Of a stretch of DNA of 56,319 nucleotides, positions 9,152-16,809 are shown one piece after another. Within the stretch, counting starts at the first letter, position 1; each line of letters opens with the position of its first letter. Below the pieces are notes generated by a model, which searched no databases, had not been told where the DNA came from, and was given only the letters and a program-made list of their open reading frames with translations. Made by a program: the position numbers and the translations under genes. This DNA is from Thermoanaerobaculia bacterium (GTDB lineage: Bacteria > Acidobacteriota > Thermoanaerobaculia > Gp7-AA8): NCBI GenBank assembly GCA_035273585.1, contig DATEOX010000532.1:1-56319 (forward strand), given 5' to 3'.

Positions 9152-11573
9152 TCGGGAAGTGCCAGTAGGACAGAAGAACCAGGTCGAAGGGAAAAGCCGC
9201 GACGAATTCAGCATCCGGATCCAGCACTGGCTCACCGTAAAGGCGGTGATTCCACAACGACGGCATGTCGTTCGAGCAGCCGCGCGCCTTCTCCAGATAA
9301 CGTTGGTGTGCCGCGGCGTTGCCGGTTCGCTCGTAGTGTGACGCGATATTGAAATACGTGATGCAATGCAGAACCTCGTCGGGCTGCGTCGGCAGGAACG
9401 TCACGAGCTCACCGGCAACGGCTTCTGCGTAGCCAAGGTCATTGCCGATACTCTTCGCTGCGAGAAGGTTGTTCAGCACGGCAATCCGATCGAATGAAGA
9501 CGTCGCCGTCTCCAGAGCCCGCACGAATAATTCCGACGCGGAGTCGCTCGGATTACCCGTGTAGAGTCGGATGATGCCGCGGTTGTTGAGCGTGATGTGG
9601 CGCTCGAGAGAGCGGCCGACCAGCGCTGCTTCCGCTGCTTCGAGCTCCCGCAGTGCCTCGTCGAGCCGCCCGAGGCGGGTGAGCTGCATGGAAATACTGA
9701 TTCGCGAATGCGCGGCGTCTTCGGGCAGGCCGAGCTGATCGAATAGGTCGATGCTCCTGCGTAGATACGGCAGCGTCGCGGCAAAACCGTAGAATATCTG
9801 CGTATTGCGAAGAACGTATCCATACTCGCGGAGGCCTATGTAGCGACGGTCTTGAAGAAGCGCCTCGAATAGTTTCACCGCTTCGTCGAAGCGATTGAGC
9901 GAGCGGAGGCTGAGGACCAGGATCAGCTTCATCGTCAGCTCATGAGCGGCATCATCATCCGGCGTCGCGAGGGCGTCGCGGACGAATGCGACGGCGTCGG
10001 CGTGAGCGTCGGTCCGGTCGAGCAGCGCGGCCCGGTACGCACTCCAGCGCGGACCGCGTGCACGGATCGTATCCAGTAGTGCGAATGCGCGCTCATAAAG
10101 ACCGAAGGCGTAATAGATGTCGAGCAGCGCGAAGGCGACCGTGTCGATCACCCGTGCTGAAGCGCTTCCCAGCCGCGTGAGCGTATCCCTCAACGTCTCC
10201 AGGACGCGCAGCGCCTGCCGTGGATAAAGCTGCTCGAGCGCGAAGCGGCGGATTTCCGGAATCAGCCCGAGCGTGCTCGCAGGATCGGTGTGCAACATGA
10301 ATTCGAAGAAGCGGGAGAGGACTTCGCTCCGGCTGAGGACCGAATAGTTCCGCTCCCTGTGCAGATGCCGATAAAACTCCTCCCATGCCGCATATGCCAG
10401 GAGCCGGAATCGGAGGTATGTCTCCGACGTCATGACGATCGGCGAGATCGAGTCGTGTGCAACGACGAGTCGCCCGTCGCGGTCTTCGCGGATGAACTCC
10501 TCGGCGGCCAGTTGGGTCGTCGCCGTATCGAAGCTGACGAACAGGCGCTGCGTGACGTCGGCGGTCGCGTACAAACCCGACAGGAGCTCCGGCGAAACGG
10601 CTCCTCCATGCGTCACGATGCACGCGAGCGTGAACTGCGCGGGCTCGCGCAGCGTCAGCAGCCGATGCGCGGTCGCATTCCATTCCGGCTGCGAAACAGC
10701 CGAGCGGCGACCGAAGACCGGGTCGACATCTACGACGACGTCGAAGTCCTTCAGTTGACGCAGATTTCCGTGATGGGAGATGTATACCTTCTCGACCACT
10801 GCCTCGACGTCTTCGTGCTGCAACAGCGTCAATGCGTCTTTGACTGGCAACATCCGTAACTCACGCTGACTGACGCGCGCGACGTGACTCTGCAGCGCGC
10901 GGATGAGCTCGTGCTCGCGCCGTCCGCGGGTGTCATTGGTCGTGAACTCGAGAATGACGAAATGGCCGTTGTCGTGCGCCAGGATCTTCAGAAGCAGGTC
11001 GAGAGAGGTCTGGTCGATGACCTGTGCATTTTCGATACAGATGCACAAGCTGACGCCGTTCATGACCCATCTGACGTAATCGCCGAGCATCAGCGTGATC
11101 TCGGACGTCGTGGCACCCCAGATCGAGTTCGGGTCGAATTGGCCGCGGTTCGCCAGGCGGTCGCCGATGACCTTGATCGGCTTGACGAACGTCGCGTTCA
11201 GCCAGCCGAGAACGCCTTCGCCGAAGGTCGCCAACAGCATGTCGTGATAGCGCGAGCGCATGTCGGGTGTCGGTACATCGCGCAGATATGTCCCGAGGGG
11301 TACGAGGGGTTGACAGGTGGCGGCCGCACCGTCGATCGCCCGCGCCAGTGCGTGCAGGAACGCGCCCTCCGGATGCTGCGCGGACGGCATGTCGACGCGC
11401 ACGTGGGCTTTTTCCGGCTTCTCGCGCTGTAGCTTCGCCGTGAACGACGATTTTCCGATGCCGCTGATAGCCGAGAGGACAACTACGCGGTTTTCCGGAT
11501 CGTCGACGGCCAATGCGGCTTTGAACTCTGCCAATTCAGGTAAACGATTGACGAAACCGTCCGCTGTGATCAT
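9117..11573 (-). CDS. STAND-type P-loop NTPase with C-terminal TPR-like helical repeats
   Basis: FVNRLPELAEF...VVVLSAISGIGKSSF (Walker A), LCICIENAQVID (Walker B). C-terminal half has repeated helical hairpins (YYAFGLYERAFALLD, RFDEAVKLFEALL, GRLDEALRELEAAE, YFNIASHYERTGN). No N-terminal effector domain. Confidence 0.75.
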   Translation of the reverse strand: MITADGFVNRLPELAEFKAALAVDDPENRVVVLSAISGIGKSSFTAKLQREKPEKAHVRVDMPSAQHPEGAFLHALARAIDGAAATCQPLVPLGTYLRDVPTPDMRSRYHDMLLATFGEGVLGWLNATFVKPIKVIGDRLANRGQFDPNSIWGATTSEITLMLGDYVRWVMNGVSLCICIENAQVIDQTSLDLLLKILAHDNGHFVILEFTTNDTRGRREHELIRALQSHVARVSQRELRMLPVKDALTLLQHEDVEAVVEKVYISHHGNLRQLKDFDVVVDVDPVFGRRSAVSQPEWNATAHRLLTLREPAQFTLACIVTHGGAVSPELLSGLYATADVTQRLFVSFDTATTQLAAEEFIREDRDGRLVVAHDSISPIVMTSETYLRFRLLAYAAWEEFYRHLHRERNYSVLSRSEVLSRFFEFMLHTDPASTLGLIPEIRRFALEQLYPRQALRVLETLRDTLTRLGSASARVIDTVAFALLDIYYAFGLYERAFALLDTIRARGPRWSAYRAALLDRTDAHADAVAFVRDALATPDDDAAHELTMKLILVLSLRSLNRFDEAVKLFEALLQDRRYIGLREYGYVLRNTQIFYGFAATLPYLRRSIDLFDQLGLPEDAAHSRISISMQLTRLGRLDEALRELEAAEAALVGRSLERHITLNNRGIIRLYTGNPSDSASELFVRALETATSSFDRIAVLNNLLAAKSIGNDLGYAEAVAGELVTFLPTQPDEVLHCITYFNIASHYERTGNAAAHQRYLEKARGCSNDMPSLWNHRLYGEPVLDPDAEFVAAFPFDLVLLSYWHFPISDFHTRTEPV

Positions 11574-11579
11574 GAAATT

Positions 11580-11598
11580 CTGATAATTTCCAGTTATC
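11580..11598 (-). promoter_or_regulatory. Second copy of the 19-bp motif, 6 nt upstream of the STAND NTPase ATG
   Basis: Reverse complement reads GATAACTGGAAATTATCAG. An additional GATAAC lies 26 nt further upstream (+ strand GTTATC at 11618-11623). Confidence 0.7.
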
Positions 11599-11647
11599 GC
11601 CGTATCCGGCCGGCGATGTTATCTCACGAACGATGCCGAGGCCGGAA

Positions 11648-12259
11648 TTACTTACCTGCTGATGGTCGGTCCAGCCAACACCATTCCCCATTGGTTACAG
11701 GATTCCGGTCCCACTGAAGACGTGACTGCGGCGCGTCTGCGAAGACGCGGATCGCGACGATCGGGTTGCCTGTGAGATCGCGTGAAGAGAGGTGCTTGTT
11801 TACAGAGGAGTCCCAGATATCGATCGTCCCGTCGGGACGGAAGAGTGCTGTTGCTTCGTGATAGATGTGGTGTCCTCGAATCCAGTGAGGCGTGCAGCCG
11901 GCCGAGCTCCAGAGCGCGTGCCACATGTCCACGGTCTGCTGCGGATAGCGGAAGATGAGTTGAACCGTGCTCGCCGATTCGCCGCGTACGCGGTAGAGAT
12001 CCGTCGTCACAGCGGAGAAAGCGCCGCAATCGAGCGTGACCGAATCGGGCAAATCGCACCACGCCATCGGCCACCGCCGCGGTCCCCATTCGTACCGCTC
12101 GCGCAGCCAGAGCGGCGGGGTGACGTGGCCCACGTCCGACCTCGAGAGCGACTGGTCCATGCCCCGCATCCACTCACGCGCTACCAGACAGCACGAGCCG
12201 TGGATGATTGGAACACTCGACTCCGGCCAGGCACCGGCGAGCTCGCGTACGTCAGTCAC
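11648..12259 (-). CDS. Hypothetical protein, possible papain/transglutaminase-like fold (Cys...His...Asp order)
   Basis: GTG start overlaps the stop of the upstream gene (GTGACTGA). LDCGAFS, then GHHIYHE about 55 aa later, then IDIWDSS. The fold call is inference only. Confidence 0.45.
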   Translation of the reverse strand: MTDVRELAGAWPESSVPIIHGSCCLVAREWMRGMDQSLSRSDVGHVTPPLWLRERYEWGPRRWPMAWCDLPDSVTLDCGAFSAVTTDLYRVRGESASTVQLIFRYPQQTVDMWHALWSSAGCTPHWIRGHHIYHEATALFRPDGTIDIWDSSVNKHLSSRDLTGNPIVAIRVFADAPQSRLQWDRNPVTNGEWCWLDRPSAGK

Positions 12260-14477
12260 GGACGGTCCCTCCAGCGAACGGCCAGGCCATGCTGACGTCG
12301 TATGCACCGGAGTCGAAGAACAGCAGCCGGTCGCCCGATCGAGGAGCGATCTTGAAGCCGAGGCGTGTCGCCAGAACGTCCGATTCCATACAGATGCTCC
12401 CCAATACGCGATCCGTGCCGGCGCCGAGCCACTGCGGCGCGCCATCTTTCGGAAGGTGAAGAATGCGATGCGGTTGACTCAGCGCCATCGGCAAGTCGGC
12501 GATCGACGCGTCGATGACGACATCAGCGCCATCGGCAGCCCTCCGGCACTCGAGAATGCTCGCGACCGTGGCACCCGCCCGTTCCGACACCGCTTTACCC
12601 GGCTCGAGCAGCACGCGCGTGACGGACGGGAGTTGTGCTCGCACGGCTCCGTTAAGAACATCGAGACGCGGGAGGAACAGGTCATTGAAATCGTCACTGT
12701 GCCAGCCGCCGCCGACGTCGAGTACGGCGGGCGGGCGACCGACGAGGTCCGCGATGCGGCGGGCCCACTGCAGCACGTCCATGAGCAGCGTCCACCACGC
12801 GTCGGGTCCGACGACGTCACTGGCCACGTGAAAATGAACCGCCCAGCGGCTGTGCTGTTCGAGCTCGGCGACGAGATCGCGCACCGCCGCGTGCTCGGCG
12901 AGCGGGATTCCGAAACGCGAAACGACGCGCGGCGGCCGCAGGCGCACGCCGAGCAGTTGAGCCCCGTTGCATCGATCGCGAAGCGTCGCGAGCGCGTCCA
13001 CTGAATCGGCGAACACGATTCCGGCCGCAGACGTGTCGTCGGTGCTGCTGCGCGGCCCGTTGAAAACGATCGAGTCGCGCGCAAACCCGGCGCGCGATGC
13101 CCAGGCCGCCTCCGCCGACGAAATTACCTCCGCCCACCACCCGCGGCGGAGCGCGATCGCGCCGAGCTCCGGGTCGGGATTCGTTTTGACGCTCAACGCC
13201 GGAGTGAAAAACGGCTCCTCGAACCGCGCCGTCGCCGCCGTCACCTCGGCCACGGCGGATTCGTGCACCTCGCCCAGCCGAATACGCGCCGGGGTGCGCG
13301 CCGTCCGAAGCGCCTCGGCCGCCGCGGCGGACCAACCGAGGGGCAACGGCATCGGAGTGCGACTGGCGCCGCGGAGAGGCAGCGCACCGCGCTCCGTGAG
13401 CTTCGCGCGGAGTTTCGGCTGCTGCGACGGGTGCTTCCCCACGGCGAGCATTGCCGCCCCTTTCGGAATCGCCGGCACATGGTGTGACGCGCGCGTGGGG
13501 AGCTCAACGACGACACGGACGAACTGCTCGCTTTGCGCCGCCGGATCCGCATACGGCAGGCCCGTCGCCTCGGCGATGAGACGCGCCGGCAGATTGAACC
13601 CGCAGAGCGCCGCGCCGAAGATATAGGCCGGAAATCGCGGATTCAGATCGATCAAAAACTTCGATCCATCCGGTGCGTAGATGAACTCCACCTCGCCGCC
13701 GCCTGTCCAGCAGGTTCTCTCGACGAAAAGGCGTACCTTCGCCGTCGCCTCGTCACTCAGCGGGCCGACCGACGCCGCCCAGGTTTTCCCGCGCGTCGTC
13801 ACCATTCGCTTTTCCACTCGTACCGCGCCGAGGAGCTCTCCGCGCCAGGCAGCGAACGCGTACGACTCTTCGTCCCCCTCCACCTCGCGTTGCACGAAGA
13901 CGTGCTCGGCGCCCCAGATCGACGTCATGTCTCGCAGGGTCGCGCGCAGCGCTGCAAAACCGCTCACCCGTACCGCGTCGTGGAACGTCCCTTTGACCCA
14001 CACCCGCCATCCAGCGCGGCGCGCGAACCGATAGAGCTCCCAATCGTCCGCGTTGCCAGGCAGTGAGGGTGGAAGCTGCATTCCGAGCGGGATCGCGCCT
14101 TCGATATCGGGTTTCCGGACATGGCTCAGCGCTTTGGAGCTCGGGAATAACAGGCCCTCTTCGTACGGAAGAGCGCCGCGCAGCCACGCGAGCTCGACGT
14201 CGAGTCCGCTGAGCCACATCGTCGGGCAATCAGACGCCTGCAGATCGCGACGAATCTGCGAGGCATACACGGCTAGATCGATCTGCGGCCAGGGAGGTTG
14301 AACGCGGACCTCGTCGAAATCGGGCCAATGAAGACCGCTGCTGCGCGGGCCATAGTCGATGCCGATGATTTCCGCGTCCGGAAAAGCCGCCCTGACGCAC
14401 CTCGCTAGGCCGATACCGGGAGACGGATCAGGATCGCTGTGTAACCCGGAGATCAATACGCGAATACTCGCCACCAT
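12252..14477 (-). CDS. Fusion protein: N-terminal ATP-grasp + C-terminal fold-type-III PLP decarboxylase (Orn/DAP/Arg decarboxylase family)
   Basis: ATG at 14477 with GGGGAGG SD. ATP-grasp motifs VWVKG, VFVQREVEG, EVEFIY...LIDLNPRF. Decarboxylase motifs ALSVKTNP, HFHVASD, LDVGGGW, EPGKAV, GSICMESD, DSGAYDVSM. Confidence 0.8.
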   Translation of the reverse strand: MVASIRVLISGLHSDPDPSPGIGLARCVRAAFPDAEIIGIDYGPRSSGLHWPDFDEVRVQPPWPQIDLAVYASQIRRDLQASDCPTMWLSGLDVELAWLRGALPYEEGLLFPSSKALSHVRKPDIEGAIPLGMQLPPSLPGNADDWELYRFARRAGWRVWVKGTFHDAVRVSGFAALRATLRDMTSIWGAEHVFVQREVEGDEESYAFAAWRGELLGAVRVEKRMVTTRGKTWAASVGPLSDEATAKVRLFVERTCWTGGGEVEFIYAPDGSKFLIDLNPRFPAYIFGAALCGFNLPARLIAEATGLPYADPAAQSEQFVRVVVELPTRASHHVPAIPKGAAMLAVGKHPSQQPKLRAKLTERGALPLRGASRTPMPLPLGWSAAAAEALRTARTPARIRLGEVHESAVAEVTAATARFEEPFFTPALSVKTNPDPELGAIALRRGWWAEVISSAEAAWASRAGFARDSIVFNGPRSSTDDTSAAGIVFADSVDALATLRDRCNGAQLLGVRLRPPRVVSRFGIPLAEHAAVRDLVAELEQHSRWAVHFHVASDVVGPDAWWTLLMDVLQWARRIADLVGRPPAVLDVGGGWHSDDFNDLFLPRLDVLNGAVRAQLPSVTRVLLEPGKAVSERAGATVASILECRRAADGADVVIDASIADLPMALSQPHRILHLPKDGAPQWLGAGTDRVLGSICMESDVLATRLGFKIAPRSGDRLLFFDSGAYDVSMAWPFAGGTVRD

Positions 14478-15004
14478 TCGCCTCCCCTCGAAGGAGTGAC
14501 CGGGCGGCAGCTTTCCACACCCGCCTATACCTTCGTGCTCAGGCCACCGTCGCGCTGCTGAACCTCCACTCACCATATTTTCGCTCGGGCGCGTCCTCGT
14601 AGCGGCCGCATACCCACGTGCGACCTCGACGCGCTCGCCCATGACCCACCACCCTCCCGGTGCGGAGAAGGAGAAGGTAAAGAGCCGCGTTGCGGTGCCA
14701 GGCTCCTGCGAGTACGACCACATCCCATTCGTGCACGAAGCAATGGGGCGGCACGTACAAAGAAGAGACCGCCGAAGCGGCGAAAGACGAATCGCCCTTA
14801 CCCCGAACTGCGCGCCTGATTTCCTTCTCCGTCCTCAACGGCGAGGCTCCCGAGGATCTCGTCGACCACGGCCGCTGCTGACTTCGGCGCGGAAAGGTCA
14901 CTAGAGGTGCGGCTCCAAGCGCACATCGACGCTCGCAGTTACTTTTGCGACTGCCGTGCGATTTGGTGGGTTCGCCTAAGTTGTTGGGGGAATTAGGGGT
15001 TAGA

Positions 15005-15184
15005 TTGGTCGGGCAGGGGGGATTTGAACCCCCGACCACCTGAACCCCATGAAGCCCCATGTCGAGATGTCATGGGACCTCCTTTGTCCAAGTCCTATTG
15101 TATCAGCATTTACGAGTGGCGATCATTTCGGGACATCTCGGGATACAGGGCGGAAAACGTGTCACTAGGCGCGTACTAGGCGCG
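15005..15184 (-). repeat. 180-bp direct repeat copy 2 with tRNA-3'-half-like end
   Basis: See copy 1. Lies about 530 bp upstream of, and in the same orientation as, the 14477->9117 gene string. Confidence 0.8.
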
Positions 15185-15191
15185 ACATTTC

Positions 15192-15225
15192 GAGAAAGAA
15201 AACGGCCCGGTCGATCGACCGGGCC
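15192..15225 (-). terminator. Rho-independent terminator of the 16599->15251 operon
   Basis: Perfect palindrome CGGCCCGGTCGA/TCGACCGGGCCG (15202-15225) followed on the minus strand by TTTTCTTTC. Confidence 0.65.
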
Positions 15226-15250
15226 GGGCAAAGTGAAGCGAGTGAGATGG

Positions 15251-15931
15251 TCAGCGGCGACGACGGCGGACATGCACAGGATGGGTGCGTGTCCATCCGG
15301 CCGAGAAGCGCGAGCGCGCGCGGCGCGCGCGGGCTTCCCGGCTGTCCTCGCGCTTCGGCAGCACGAAGTTCGCGAAGTAGACCCGCTCCATGAACGTGCG
15401 CGTGTCGAAGGCCAGCGCCCATGAACTGCCAATGAGCCCCGGCAACTGCCTGCCGTGGTCATTGAGCCAGCTATCCGAAACGCCGAGCATCGCGCGGACG
15501 ATCGGGCGGGTCAGCCGCCATCCAGTCGGGCGAGCACTGCACCCGCAGCGTCCACTCGCGCAGGCGTCGAGTTCCCACGGCGCGACTTCCTTCTTCCGAC
15601 CGATGTCGTGAACAATGTCGCGCCCGGTAAACGGATAAGGCATGAACGGCAGCACCAAGCCGCCCGGTTCCTTGTAGGGCAGGCAGCACTCCAACACGAT
15701 TGCGTTGCCGAAATCGATCAGCGCGCCGCCGCGCGGACCAACGGGGAAGGTGGTGGTGTAGAGCGTCTGCATCTTCGCCTCATCGAAGTAACGATGAACG
15801 CCGGGCAGACCTCCGGCGTTCATCACCAAATGATCTACTTCGTGCATCTCGGCGAACTGCTTGCGGAGTGAGCGCTCGCAGTTCGTGCAGGCGAAGACGC
15901 CGCCGCAGACAGTGCAGGCAGGAGCGGCCAT
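15251..15931 (-). CDS. Hypothetical protein (Cys-rich N-terminus CTVCGG...CTNC)
   Basis: ORF with start moved to MAAPACTV. Last gene of a three-gene minus-strand string. Confidence 0.45.
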   Translation of the reverse strand: MAAPACTVCGGVFACTNCERSLRKQFAEMHEVDHLVMNAGGLPGVHRYFDEAKMQTLYTTTFPVGPRGGALIDFGNAIVLECCLPYKEPGGLVLPFMPYPFTGRDIVHDIGRKKEVAPWELDACASGRCGCSARPTGWRLTRPIVRAMLGVSDSWLNDHGRQLPGLIGSSWALAFDTRTFMERVYFANFVLPKREDSREARARRARSRFSAGWTRTHPVHVRRRRR

Positions 15932-15939
15932 CTTCTGCT

Positions 15940-16266
15940 TCACGGCGTCACCTTCCCGCGCGTCGTCATCGTCAACGTCACGAGCTTGTCCCTGTAGCGG
16001 CAGATCAGCTCTTCTGCCCACGGAGAAAGACGGATCGAGAACACATCATCGCCCGGAGCATCGATGAAGCCGATGCAGCGCTCGACTTCGGCGGCGACCA
16101 CGTGGATGTCCGCGGCCGGCACACCCTCATCGAGCAGCCGCGCTGTCACCTCCTGCGTGGTGATTGCGAGCGTCCCGCGCTCCATCTGAATGCGCGGGCG
16201 ACGGTGCTTGCGCCGCCGACGAGCGGCACAAGCGGAAGAGTGGCGGCGAAGGATGGCCGCCGACAT
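15940..16266 (-). CDS. Hypothetical protein
   Basis: ATG abuts the stop of the upstream gene (TAGATG). The internal start MERGTL is also possible. Confidence 0.4.
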   Translation of the reverse strand: MSAAILRRHSSACAARRRRKHRRPRIQMERGTLAITTQEVTARLLDEGVPAADIHVVAAEVERCIGFIDAPGDDVFSIRLSPWAEELICRYRDKLVTLTMTTRGKVTP

Positions 16267-16599
16267 CTAGACCACCTCCGACGCAGCGATGGTGCCGTGC
16301 GAGAGCGGGTAGCAACGGATCACGCCGAGGAACGCGGCGAGCGCCCCGTCCTCGTCGCAGCCGTACTGCACCTGCCGCACGAGCCGCATGGCGATGCGGT
16401 GCAGATCCGACTCGGCCACGCCCATTGCGCGCAGTCGCGGGAAGGCGACCGCATCGCGAATGCCGTTGCCAGCGCGCAGAAGCGCGTCTTCACGAGCGTT
16501 GAGGTCAGCGAGATACTTTTCGCGTGCCGAGGTGAACGGCTCCGGCACCGTAATTTCAGTGTTCTTCGCCATAGGAGTTTCGATGTTGTAGGTAGTCAT
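16267..16599 (-). CDS. Hypothetical protein
   Basis: 110-aa ORF, first gene of the string. Confidence 0.45.
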   Translation of the reverse strand: MTTYNIETPMAKNTEITVPEPFTSAREKYLADLNAREDALLRAGNGIRDAVAFPRLRAMGVAESDLHRIAMRLVRQVQYGCDEDGALAAFLGVIRCYPLSHGTIAASEVV

Positions 16600-16809
16600 G
16601 CCGACTCCCTCCTAACCTCAGGCAGCCATGCCGAATGCGCCTGCCTTTGAGGTCATGACTCTCTCCGGCTCGACGCCCCGACTCGATCAGCCTGAGGCCC
16701 GTTGCACTTCGTTTACAATTGCTGCCGTCCAAACAACCCAGATCGAAAAGCGCGCTATCAACCACGACCTATATAGGGCGTCGCGGCGCGTCTCGGTAGA
16801 GGCAAGCGA

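Larger units (their letters stand above)
6722..15184. mobile_element. Accessory segment bracketed by the two 180-bp direct repeats (no recombinase inside)
   Basis: Same-orientation repeats at 6722-6901 and 15005-15184. Core genes lie to the left and further mobile DNA to the right. Confidence 0.4.

Noticed and set aside
14478-15004. Possible gene or riboswitch in the ~530-bp gap between repeat copy 2 and the fusion gene
   Set aside because: Only short, compositionally odd ORFs on either strand, and no recognisable riboswitch core. Left unannotated.
15005-15184. tmRNA (standard or two-piece) 3' domain
   Set aside because: The acceptor 3' strand is CTGCCCG-A-CCA rather than the ...CUCCACCA required for the G3:U70 alanine identity. 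There is no GGGGCUG-type 5' strand, no tag ORF ending in ALAA-like residues, and no conservation downstream of the CCA.
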